In this document: one piece after another, positions 1 through 11,680 of the stretch
Layout of the letters: each line of letters opens with the position of its first letter
Numbering within the stretch: the first letter of the stretch is position 1
Assembly: GCA_036172245.1 (NCBI GenBank)
Contig: JAYWIR010000009.1
Coordinates: 3,906,001-3,970,000 of the forward strand
Direction of reading: 5' to 3'
DNA length: 64,000 nt
DNA from: Raillietiella orientalis
Taxonomy: Eukaryota
Translations under genes and position numbers: made by a program
Notes under the pieces: generated by a model
Told to the model about the DNA's origin: nothing
The model's database searches: none
Seen by the model: only the letters and a program-made list of their open reading frames with translations

Positions 1-896
1 ACATTATTCCTACAGAATGTGAAAAACACCAGCAACTGAGGATAATTAGTAACTAATGATAACGAATGAATACATCAAAAGTAAACGAAATTGCCTGAAA
101 ACCCATCTAAAAATGAAATGACACATCCTAACTTCCTAGATCTAACATCTTTTCCCTCTGAACAAATACAAATCCTAATTTTTTGGTGATGATCTGATAA
201 CAGAACAAATGATAGAACCACTCAAGCATTTAATGAAGAGTCAGCGTCATGCTGCTGACGAAAAAGCAACATCATTATTTGTAAAATCAATTTAGAGTAT
301 TCACATGAAGATGTATTTGATATCACTTAATGCATTCACATCTCCAAAGTACTTACATCAAGGACACCCTTTTTCAAAGCAGCAACTACATCATTATAGG
401 ACTGGCTGTTCCAAGGACAGAATGGAAGCTCTAAAAACTTGACAATGCTGTTTGGTGACTCAGTATGATTATCATACGTAAATGACTCATTTTGTACTGA
501 CACATTTAATATTTTCATTGTATTCTGAGACATTGCCAAGACTGAATTGTATTTTGTTCAAGTACAAATATTTCATTATGAAATTTATACAACCTAAAAA
601 ATACAGCAATCTTAAGTACTATAAAAAAATATAAAATATGTTAAATAATTATTGGCAGCAGTTCCCATAAAAACTGGCATAGAACAAACATGATTACTGC
701 TTGAATTAGAATTCCTTTTGATTCACAATCTAAATCCTTCAAAATATCAAGGATATCATCATGGATCAGAAATATAAAAAATATGAGCTCTTTTTGGACT
801 TCAATATTAAACTGAAGTATCCAAGTCAATCAATAAGTGCAAAGAAATATATTTTTTTCTCAATTCTGTTTCAAGTTACTGAATATCAATAAAGTT

Positions 897-2786
897 TTAT
901 AAAGTATCAGCAGGACACAATTTAGGTTCTATTATATTTTTCCATTCAGTACACAGAACATTATCTGATGGTGAATTTTCTTCAAATTCCAAATCAAATT
1001 TTCCTGGAATTTTCTTCACAATTTCTTCTGAAAAAAAAAAAAACAAAAATTGGAACATGACAAAATATGATGAAGGCACAATGAGAAAAACTTTGTCAAC
1101 TAATAAAACACATTTCATTTTGTAACATACCTTCAAGCTGTAAGGAAACTTGATCATTCTGTGAATCATAATTAAGAACTTTGGCTTTCTTAAAGTTGGA
1201 TATTTCTGGGGAGTAATTATCACCCAATTCAAGGATCTAAACATTAGTTGTATTATGATCATAATTCTACAACATACCTTAAAGACAATAACATCACCAT
1301 TACGAGGCACCCCTTGTAATGCAGGCAATAAAAGATACTTAGCATCTGTGTCTGCATATGAAGGTGTATTGGCATTCTTGGAAGCTAGCTTAACAGATGA
1401 TGTACTGCCACAGTTATAAAAGACTGTTGAAACATTGGTTTGTTTTTCATTTTCAGCATGAATTTTCAGCTTAACATCCTTCTTAAAAGCTTTCCGATTC
1501 CTGTTTCGAATAAACACTGGTGCTTCAGCTACCATTTTTAACTGAAGCAAATTATTGAACTTCTCATCTGATACAGACTTTACATTAGTGTTTTCATTTT
1601 CACTTAATACAGGGGTTTCTGGAAAATTTCCTGACCTTACAAAACTTGTCTCTTTACAACTAGAATTATCATTATAACAGTCCCCAGAAGTATTGCTAGT
1701 TTCTTTCATTTCCTCATCACTGCTATCAAAGCGTATGTGCTTACTTTGCTTAAGAGCCGTTCCCATTCGCATTGTATAATTTTTATGAGTAAGTAATGGT
1801 TTATTAACTTCACCATTGTAGTTTATGCCAGAAACTGAGGTTTTGTTACTTTTAGTCCTTTTTCTTTTTTTTTGCTTCAAACCCAATGTAAGCAGATCAA
1901 CATCTGTTAACTGCACTGTATTTGTTTTAGCAGACAGATCACTTAATATCTGTTTATTCACATCACTTAATATCTGTTTATTCACATCACTTGAAGCACA
2001 CAAACTATGCTGAGCAACATTAGAAATAAAAGAATCAGATGACTGTGAACGAAATTCTACATGCTTAGTAGCAGCCTTTTGAGGAGATTTAACAACATAT
2101 TCATGATTATGCTTATTTGCATAACAGACATTGTCTTTCCTGGACAGAACACTGTTATTTAACAATTCTTGCTGATGCAACAAACTCTGAGTTTCAGAAG
2201 AATCGTCAGAAGTACAACCAAGAGGGCTAGATGCAGACATCTGTGGTGCCATGGATATAGCACGTTTCCTTGGAAAAAGTTTCAGTGAAAAACTTTTAAT
2301 CACAAGTTTCTAAATTCAAATCATTTACAGTTAAACACAACTGCACATTTAAATAAAATACTTAAAAAACCTAGATCTGTACATACAAAACCACAGAGTG
2401 GAAACTTTACATGCATTAACGTTAAAACATGATTTCTCACTTTCAGGATTTCAACTGTGTAAACAAAATTACTTGAATATATCCTTGTACAAGTAAATAT
2501 TTTGAATGAAGCATTCGTCCGACGAACATAAATGCACAACAAGCAGATCGTTTTCTTTCAAGATTTTCACATCTTCATTTGGCAGCAGGCAATAACCATC
2601 CATATATATGTGAAAGCATTTCGTATGAACATCGAAAATTTCCAAACGATTGAAAACTGTTTTATAGACCTCGATCAGGGTATCATTTTCCTTAAAATGA
2701 ACCAACAACCACTGATACTTTGGTACGATGCTCGACTGATAGGTGAGTTTCAAATCTAGTCGAACTCTTACACAACTCCTCTCCAT
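897..2786 (-). CDS. COIL: Coilin, copy A (predicted exons 2786-2473, 2268-1278, 1236-1131, 1027-897)
   Basis: N-terminus VRVRLD...WLLV...YMDGYCLLPNEDVKILKENDLLV resembles the coilin N-terminal domain. KHIRF motif is present. The spliced C-terminus YLLLPALQGVPRNGDVIVFK|ILELGDNYSPEISNFKKAKVLNYD...GKFDL resembles the coilin Tudor-like domain. GT-AG introns keep the frame. Confidence 0.85.
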
Positions 2787-3035
2787 TGCTCAATGAACGA
2801 CCGAAGCAACACTGAAACACTATCACGGAAATGTTAAATAATAGAAACAGTTCAACAGCTCCCCAAACACCTTTCTACTCATTATTTTCAGTGATTTGCT
2901 GCATAGAATCCATGCGCTCCCTCGGTAGTTCGCCATTAAGTTCCAATCTCCTCTGCCAGTTTCTAAATTCTGTGCTTTTCTGATCAAGTTTTACATTAAC
3001 AAGAAAAAAGAAAAAAAAAAAGGTTCACTAATGAC
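897..3035. repeat. Left arm of coilin inverted duplication (pairs with 9480-~11660)
   Basis: ORFs 2469-2786(-) and 9729-10046(+) are identical (coordinate sum 12515). The match ends at 3035/9480. The 3' part is diverged. Confidence 0.95.
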
Positions 3036-3525
3036 ATGCACAAATTCGAAGCAATAGGATAGAGTGCGTGGTTGTTATTTTTGAAGCGAAACAAAGATAC
3101 GTTTTGCATGTTAAAGTACTTTGAATATCCAGTTTGGGAAACGACACTTTCGAGCTTTTTCACACAGCTTTCCTCTTCAGATTTCGTTTTCATGTTCGAC
3201 ATTATGACCATTTAGTGAGGGGAATGAGCCGAATGGAGATTCCTTTTGAAGGGAAAAATTTTGAATTACTAGTCCAATATTTGAAACCGATGGCTAGCAG
3301 TTGACTCCTGGCATTTCTGAAGGCATCTATTTCTACTCACATGGAATTTACTTGGATGCAAATATATAGAACAAGTAGAAATATGTAGAGCAATAAAATG
3401 AAAGTGATGAGTCAGTAGAAACGCATTTAGAATGGCTTTTTCATTATTTTTCGGCATTCCATCTTAGATGAAATAAGTCTGATTTTGCTATTATCAAAGG
3501 AACTCGATCTTTTTCTGATAAATTA

Positions 3526-3559
3526 TTCCCTTCTCGGCCTTTTGGCAAAGATCAAAGTG
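3526..3559 (+). pseudogene. U2: U2 snRNA 5' fragment (nt 1-34)
   Basis: TTCCCTTCTCGGCCTTTTGGCAAAGATCAAAGTG matches invertebrate U2 ATCGCTTCTCGGCCTTTTGGCTAAGATCAAAGTG at 31/34. Similarity stops at the branch-site-pairing region. Confidence 0.85.
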
Positions 3560-4601
3560 GCAGAGCCACAGCCTCTCATTGAAAATGTAGGGTTGTAAGC
3601 TTTTCATTAATAAAAATCTGCTAAGTTTCCATTTTGCTTCCCATTGGTTTCATTTTTTATTTCTTCAGCGATATTTTTTATTCTTTTGACATCATAAAAG
3701 ATAAGAATTCTTTATATCCATTCAGCAACAGATATCTGCTTTTTGAGTGCATGCTTATCCAGCAGTGAAGACTAATAACGAAGAGTGTTCCCGATTATCC
3801 CACTCTTTCTATGCACCACGGAGAAGATACTTTGCTATCTTCAAATCCCTATTTATGAGGAAGTTGAATCATCTCAACCTAAAGGTAGCTGTAAGATGCC
3901 AAACACTCCACTATAAAGTAATTCAATACATGTGTTTATATGTTTTCAATGTTTATGTGTCTTTCTACCTTCAAGCAAATTCATTTGAAATTCTCGTAAA
4001 ATAATATTCAATGCTGACTGATGGAAATGCGATATACTAAAAAGACTGCATACTTATGATTTAATCTTTATATATAAAAAATAGATCGTGGTGGTCGGAA
4101 TTCATCTAAGGCTCCTGATTTCTTAAGAAAGCAACAATGAGTAACAAATATTCTGTCAAAAATAAAAGTTGAAAACAGTGCAAGAATTTCAAATTCCATA
4201 TTACTTCTTCACTTAGGAAGTTTTCAAGGAATATCCTACATAGCGTCACAAAGGTTTCCGATTTTGGAATTCTTAGTCTAACTGATAACCTTCACTCCAA
4301 CCTCCCGCGCAAAGACTACTTCAGCATACATCATGCACAAAATACTACAAAAGCAATGTTTTTTTCTTTTTTATTGAATATACCCTATACAAGTAGCATA
4401 AAGACACAATACATGAAAAGCTTCTGAATCAAAAAAGTAACTACCGAAAAATTAAAATTGATATGGTGTTCCCAACGTGGTAGGAAACTTACTTGCAAAC
4501 CACAAAAGCGTTTTAGCTCTTCTAGCTTGCGGTCGAAGAAAATTGCTTTTCTGAAAATTGCAATCGTTTTCGAATAGTGATTGAAAGTGGATCCGAAAGT
4601 C

Positions 4602-5600
4602 TGGTTGCAAATGTTCCTGCACTGGCTGCTGACACCGGAAAGAGTTTGTTTACGTGGCACAAGCGCGCAGCCGTCCGCCACCGCGTTCTCCACATCTGTC
4701 CTACCACCCAGTCGAGAAAGCAGTAACGGTTCTATTACTCGTTCCTAGGGATTTGTAGAGTTCCTCTCTACTCCATCTCGTCTCCGTCCTCTTGGCGCGT
4801 TTCCTCGTTCGCTGGATAGCATGATTCTGGACCCGTTCCGAGGATCTTTTTTCGCTTGCTTTTTTCGCACCCCACCCATTCTTCCCCATCTTCCCCGCAA
4901 ACAAATTCCGACTGTCGATGACTGCGCTCTCCGCGTTTGCACCGTTCATTCGAGGATGGGTGAAGAGCTTCTAAAGAAGCCAAGAATAGCGACATAGAAG
5001 TTGATCATTTCTACTACATAATAGAGCGGAAACCTAGGGCATTGCATGGAAATACGGAGACCATTAGCCACGAATTAACGATAACCGATGGCATTCATCC
5101 GAGGTCGGCTTCGATCCGAGTGCGACTGTGAGCTACGAATTGAACCATTTGGCTTCCACCCTCACATGGTGGATTGCAATCCAGTTTCCGGTCGGAAGCA
5201 CTAGTTTCCCGTCTTCAATGGAATCCAGATATGTGCGTGAGCACTGGACGGTAGCTTGAAACGCAACCGGAGCAGGCTGTGTGTATGGGAAACCGCTATT
5301 GCCCCTGGACGTGTGTGCATTCGGAGGAGGAGCAATGGACGGGCGTTTTATCAATACGCCCATGGACGAAAACGCGAGCTTTCAAGTGCAGTCGCGGCAG
5401 ACAGTGTTGTTGGGTTGCACTGCTGAAAGAGAAAGCATTCTTCCCAGTAAGGAGCTGTTGTCGTCCCACATGGAATCGTGAAGAAGTATGAAGGCAAGTA
5501 CCAATTCCCTTCCTGCTTATTTCCAGCACTGGGACCGTGAGAACTGGACCAATCCGCCTCTGGCATGCTTCCTTTTTGCTGAGCTGAAAACCACTCTTCC
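4602..5600 (+). mobile_element. Decayed Ty3/gypsy integrase relic
   Basis: Degenerate motifs in gypsy order across frameshifts: LFTWHKRAAVRHRVLHICPTTQSRK (zinc finger), FPRSLDSMILDPF, LHGNTETI, RYVREHW, VYGKPLLPLDV. Confidence 0.55.
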
Positions 5601-5985
5601 AAATTCCAAGATCTCCATCCTTTGCATCCTTTGCTCCATCCTTGCGTCGTTTGCACGGTTCCTTTTGCGATGCCTCCCGTTGCCCCCGCATCCGCTGAGA
5701 GAAGGTGCTGAGGAAGCCTTCCGTACGGAACCTCCCCCTCCCCGATGACGAAGCCGTGTTTCGCTTCCCACGTTGTGCTGCTGCTGCTCTCTGCTGCGCG
5801 AATGCGCGTTTCGAAAGGGCTGCACGATCACGGAAGTGCGTGAATCCATTTCCTCAGCTTGCGTGACCCGCAATCCAAGAACTTCCTCATGAGCCTCATC
5901 GCATGGCTTTGGGGGCGAATTATTCTTCGTGCGGCGTGCTTCGTGCTACGCGGCTGCTAGCCGGTTCGCACTTTCGGCCAAAGAC
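4602..5985. repeat. Segment copied inverted at 27842-29225 and, truncated, directly at 21607-22442
   Basis: Identical ORF translations at offset 17005 (direct) and coordinate sum 33827 (inverted). Boundaries were read from the sequence. Confidence 0.95.
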
Positions 5986-5988
5986 AGC

Positions 5989-6048
5989 AGAATACCCGGG
6001 AAGACCTACTGTTTGCCTCCGCAAACAGTAGGTTTTCCCGGGTATTCT
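5989..6048. repeat. 28-bp stem / 4-nt loop hairpin
   Basis: AGAATACCCGGGAAGACCTACTGTTTGC-CTCC-GCAAACAGTAGGTTTTCCCGGGTATTCT, with one G-T mismatch. Confidence 0.95.
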
Positions 6049-6439
6049 ACGTGCACGGATCCCGACTTCCGATCCGCGATTTCTCATGTGACCTTTGCGA
6101 GACGCGTGCGAGGGGAAACGAAGATTCTTGGTTCCCACCGTGGTGCAGTGGCGGTTGCCATCATTGGTCACGTAGCAGTAGAATCGAAATGGCGGTTCAC
6201 GTTTCAGGAATCGGAGAATCTCCAAGGGTGCATGGGCAGTGGGCCTTTGGTAGTTTGCGATGCGCGCAAGAAATTTCGGTTCCCGAAGTAAATGCTCACC
6301 TTCCGAGACTGAAAAGATGTGTTTCTCTTTTTTCTTTTTCGTTGATAGAGTTCCTGCTTGGAGCGCATGGTGTGTCGCACGTGAGTAAGCGTTCCACCAG
6401 AGTACCATAATGGTATCGTCGTTTCGCGTACCAGCTGCA

Positions 6440-7960
6440 TTCCATTCCTACCTTAGGCACATTGCTACTACCTACGGCATTTTTTGATTCCCTAGAGCTT
6501 GTACCTGGAGCTTGTACTTTATTTCCCTGATCCTTGAGTGAGATGTGTGGTTTCTGTCCTGAGACTCCAGGAACAAGAACCTGCAGATTCTCGGCCAAGC
6601 CTTAAGACTGGGAAGTCACTCTGGCCAAGTCACGCGTAACTGGGAAGCCAGGTACGCGTGACTCGCCGAGTGGCATCTTCGTTACGCTTACGTCTCGTGT
6701 ACCATCACACACCAATGAAATCCAGTGAAGAGCTATCGCGAAGCGTCCTCCGTCTCATCATTTTGTCACTTCGTTCGTGGGCTCATAAGCTGCTGAAGAA
6801 AGAAAGCAAATTCGTTGCTTTTTCTTTTGTTTCTCATTTGTTGGGTCGCAGCTTCCGCTCAAAGTAGCCGCGCGGAAATAATCGGCATGATTTTTTATTT
6901 GGTCGGTGCGTTCTTGTTGCGCAACCAAGAGGTCCTTCTTTCCGTGATACAGGCGAACCTTGCAACTCCAAGACGGAAAGCTAGATGTACCTGCGTTGTT
7001 AACCGCTCTAGAACTCGCGGAAGAATGGAGAACTCTACTGCAAAGAGGGATGTACTCGCCCTGCATTCCATGCGCTCGGAGACGAAAGGCATTGACCATT
7101 TTGCATTCTTTGCTTCATTCAACACATTGTATGGAGCCGCAGGCATTCAATGGGGGACCCATGGAGTTTGCATATCATCACAAGTACTCACAGCCGGAGC
7201 AGGGGATTCTGACCTAAGGGTGTCTTCTACTGTCTTGCTCCTTGGGACTGTGCCTCACCTTTGCACTTATCTGAAGGTGTCTTCTCAGAGTAGAGAGGAT
7301 TCCCGCAGTTCCATGCTCTGCCTGGATTCCACGTTTTCGGTTTAGACGCCGCCAGCGAAGACTTTTGTACTGCTCAGAGAACTCTGGACTCACCTTCGAG
7401 TCTTCGGCATTCTCAAGTAACGACTTGCAATCCCTTGCTGCTGCCCTTCCCAATTTCTTTCGCATGGAGATGAGCTTCAGCTTTCGGAGGTCCATGCAGC
7501 AGAGAAAAGTAGAAGAAACAAGAAGAGGATGTTTCCATTTCCACTGCATCCTTTTAGATGCATTTTTTTTTTTTTGCGTTGCGAGAAATGCATCTCTTTC
7601 GCTCAATCCGAACCTGAGCGCTGAATCCACTACAGGAATCTTTGTGGAACGCCGGATGTCTCCGTTTGCCTTTCCTGGTGCGCGGGCTGTTCCGCTGGGA
7701 GATGAAATGGGTCCCCCACTACCAAAGGGAACGCCTCTGTCCCCTACAGGCCGAGTACGCTGCGCGCTCTCGCATGTCTGAAACTCAGGAGAGTATCCGG
7801 TCGCTGGACACTAGCAAGTCCCCTCCTTCAGGACGCTTCTGAAGATGGTTCCGCATGCGTGGACTTGTGCTGTTCTCTGTCTCATCCCTTGCTTTGCTAA
7901 CCGATGCTAAAAATCTGCTTAGTAGCATCCTCAGTTCCCACCCGGGTACGCTGGAGCATT
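6440..7960 (-). mobile_element. Decayed Ty3/gypsy RT and RNase H linker relic
   Basis: Ordered degenerate motifs: ENSTSPRMRNHLQKRPEG (cf. EPSxSPWASPVVLVKKxDG), ALRFGL (MPFGL), GLQVVT*EC, AAPYNVLNEAKNAKWS...ECRAS...LTTQVHLAF. Many stops and frameshifts. Confidence 0.5.
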
Positions 7961-8129
7961 AATTTATAAATGAAATGAAATTTCTGATGGTCCAACTACG
8001 TCCGCTCTAGATCCAACCTGCCGCGTTACCGGTTTGCAAACCTGTGAGGTCCACCACAGCAGCAGAGGGGAGGATTCTTCTGCCTAACCTGTCGTTCTTC
8101 CCACCTCTGCAACTAGCGGCAGGACCGTC

Positions 8130-9400
8130 GCTTGCACTTCGGGGGCGCAGCAGCGTTCCATGCTCGCGCGTTCCGTAGCAACGCCTCCTGTCTATCTCCC
8201 GTGGCATCTTATGATTTTGAGCGACTGCTGCTGGCCATCTGCAAAGCACCGGTTCCAGAGAGAATGCAAATCTGGAAATGCGGGAAGGAACCGAACCGAA
8301 AGGGAAGAAAACAGGGGTAGGTGAACATAGGCCAAGCGGGGAAAGGACCGAACCTAAGATGAGGAAGCGCGTCCTCCATTCGATCACCTACGGGTTTCTA
8401 TTCAGAGGTGAGCACGTACCGATCGGAACGCGCGCCCACCGTCAAATGGCAGCTGGACAGGCATCCTGACGCCATCTTGGAAACACCGGCTCGTCTCCGT
8501 CGCGTAGCAAAGGGAATCGGGTGGTGCACCGGAAGAGGATTCTCGGACGAGATGGAGACTTGTGGATGAAACCATGGCTATGTGGCGCCGGGAGGGAACT
8601 GCAAAGAGGACGACGCATGGAACGGCAGGCGGAAAACATCGCCGGGTTGCTGAACGCAGCCGAACGTCGCTCCTTCCGACGTCAACGGCTGTCAACAGGA
8701 GCGGGGCGGTCGAGGCTAATGGGGTGGCTGTGGCTCCACCCGTGCGCGTCCCCCTCGAGGGGGAGCGCGTCCGTGAAGTGGTGTTTCCTGCGGTTCGTCC
8801 GCGACCGGCGCTCGTGCGGGAGTGCAGGGAGGACGGGGACGAGCGAGCGAGTCCAACGCGCCGCTCCGGGACTGCCACGGGACGGATCCGTGGTAGACCT
8901 GCGAGGCGGCCCTCGGCGTCCTCGAGCTGCCGAGGGCGGCGACGAATGGACCGACGCGAGCGTGGACGCTATCGTCTGCTGGAGCATCTCGCCACCTTCG
9001 GCTGCCCTCCGCCCTCTCTCTTTCCATTGCTTCCGGGCAAGAACAAGAGGCCACCTATCAGGACGCGCGCTCTCGCCTCTTCTTCGTGGGTTCACCTACG
9101 GGACGTCTCCTCGGAAACGCTCCGTTGCAGAACTCCGTGTCAGGGTGCACCTCGCTCCAGGATCTCGAACAATCCTGAGAAGCAGAAGCGTCCCCCGTAC
9201 GCCCGCGTCCCGACTCCTGCCAGCGCAACCCGTGCCACAGGAGGTACCATGGGCGGCCGTGGTGAGATGGACGGTTGCAGGACGCTGTGAGTCTCGCCGC
9301 GTCCTTGCCCGCAGGCATGAAGGAAGGCGGCCCTCCAGGCAGGAAGACTCCTCGGGAAGTCCGAAGCATTTCCGAGCTCGCGCACCATCGAAGATTGCCG
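8130..9400 (+). mobile_element. Decayed Ty3/gypsy RNase H-integrase relic
   Basis: FERLLLAI, GEHRPS (TDHRPL), RVREVVFPAVRPRPALVRECRE (zinc finger), LLEHLATFGCP (FGxP of the integrase core). Confidence 0.45.
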
Positions 9401-9479
9401 TCACGCGGCGCAGCGTGGCAGCGGCAAGGACTCTCCTGACCGAGGTCACGCACTTTATCCTGTTGCGTCGGATTTCTGC

Positions 9480-11660
9480 GTCATTAGTGAACCTTTTTTT
9501 TTTTCTTTTTTCTTGTTAATGTAAAACTTGATCAGAAAAGCACAGAATTTAGAAACTGGCAGAGGAGATTGGAACTTAATGGCGAACTACCGAGGGAGCG
9601 CATGGATTCTATGCAGCAAATCACTGAAAATAATGAGTAGAAAGGTGTTTGGGGAGCTGTTGAACTGTTTCTATTATTTAACATTTCCGTGATAGTGTTT
9701 CAGTGTTGCTTCGGTCGTTCATTGAGCAATGGAGAGGAGTTGTGTAAGAGTTCGACTAGATTTGAAACTCACCTATCAGTCGAGCATCGTACCAAAGTAT
9801 CAGTGGTTGTTGGTTCATTTTAAGGAAAATGATACCCTGATCGAGGTCTATAAAACAGTTTTCAATCGTTTGGAAATTTTCGATGTTCATACGAAATGCT
9901 TTCACATATATATGGATGGTTATTGCCTGCTGCCAAATGAAGATGTGAAAATCTTGAAAGAAAACGATCTGCTTGTTGTGCATTTATGTTCGTCGGACGA
10001 ATGCTTCATTCAAAATATTTACTTGTACAAGGATATATTCAAGTAATTTTGTTTACACAGTTGAAATCCTGAAAGTGAGAAATCATGTTTTAACGTTAAT
10101 GCATGTAAAGTTTCCACTCTGTGGTTTTGTATGTACAGATCTAGGTTTTTTAAGTATTTTATTTAAATGTGCAGTTGTGTTTAACTGTAAATGATTTGAA
10201 TTTAGAAACTTGTGATTAAAAGTTTTTCACTGAAACTTTTTCCAAGGAAACGTGCTATATCCATGGCACCACAGATGTCTGCATCTAGCCCTCTTGGTTG
10301 TACTTCTGACGATTCTTCTGAAACTCAGAGTTTGTTGCATCAGCAAGAATTGTTAAATAACAGTGTTCTGTCCAGGAAAGACAATGTCTGTTATGCAAAT
10401 AAGCATAATCATGAATATGTTGTTAAATCTCCTCAAAAGGCTGCTACTAAGCATGTAGAATTTCGTTCACAGTCATCTGATTCTTTTATTTCCAATGTTG
10501 CTCAGCATAGTTTGTGTGCTTCAAGTGATGTGAATAAACAGATATTAAGTGATCTGTCTGCTAAAACAAATGCAATGCAGTTAACAGATGTTGATCTGCT
10601 TCCATTGGAATTGAAGCAAAAAAAAGGAAAAAGGACTAAAAGTAACAAAACCTCAGTTTCTGGCATAAACTACAATGGTGAAGTTAATAAACCATTACTT
10701 ACTCATAAAAATTATACAATGCGAATGGGAACAGCTCTTAGGCAAAGTAAGCACACTGATAGCAGTGATGAGGAAGTGAAAGAAACTAGCAATACTTCTG
10801 GGGACTGTTATAATGATAATTCTAGTTGTAAAGAGACAGGTTTTGTAAGGCCAGGAAATTTTCCAGAAACCCCTGTATTGAGTGAACGAGAAGAGAATGC
10901 TCATATAAATTCTGCATCAGATGAAACAAGCAATAGTTCTGGGAATTGTTTTTATAATGGTAGTTCTAGTTGTATAGAGACAGCCTCTGTGAGTCCAGGA
11001 AGTTTTCCCAAGAAACCTGTATTTTTTGAAAAAGAAAACAATGCTGATGTCAATTGTGCATTAGATGAAAAGTTCAGTAATTTACTTCAGCTAGAAACAG
11101 ATGCTGATGAACCTCTGTTCATTCAGAAAAAAAATATCAGAAATTTTAAAAAAGATATTACTTTGAAAATTCATGCCGAAAATGAAAAACAGACCAACGT
11201 TTCAACGGTATTTTATAATTGCGGCAGTACATCATCTGTTGAGCTACCATCCAAGAATGTGAATAGCCCTTTGTATGCAAACACAGATGCTAAATATCTT
11301 TTATTGCCTCAATTGCAAGATATACCTCATAATGGTGATGTTGTCTTTAAGGTAAGTTGTAGAATTGTGATCCTAATACAATTCATGTTTAGATCCTTGA
11401 ATTTGGTAATAATTATTGCCCAGAAATATCGAACATTAAGAAAGCCAAGGTTCTTAATTATGATTCACAAGATCATGAAGCTTCTCAAGGTATGTTTCAA
11501 CATGAAATGTATTCTATTAGTTAACGGATTTTTTTAATTATATCTGCATCAGTTCTGGTTGTGATCAACTGTTTTCCTTTTTCAGATGTAAATGTACAGA
11601 AAACTCTAGGAAAATCTGATGCAGAATCTGAAGAAAATTCACCATCGGACAATATTCAGT
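9480..11660. repeat. Right arm of coilin inverted duplication
   Basis: Reverse complement of 3035 downward. It looks identical to about 10490 and is increasingly diverged after that. Confidence 0.95.
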
Positions 11661-11680
11661 GTGCAAATATGGTGCTTTAA
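9729..11680 (+). CDS. COIL: Coilin, copy B (predicted exons 9729-10042, 10247-11351, 11393-11489, 11586-11680); diverged C-terminus
   Basis: Same exon structure as copy A, with intact GT-AG sites and an open spliced frame ending ...SPSDNIQCANMVL-TAA at 11678-11680. It shares about 250 bp of upstream sequence with copy A. Confidence 0.75.

Noticed and set aside
240..770. Possible C/D box snoRNA motifs (ATGATGA, CTGA) on the minus strand
   Set aside because: Box spacing and terminal stems do not fit, and such motifs are common in AT-rich DNA.
336..829. Two minus-strand ORFs downstream of coilin A; one ends at a GTAAGT donor
   Set aside because: May be the first exon of an unidentified gene, but I could not recognise the protein or find a consistent next exon.
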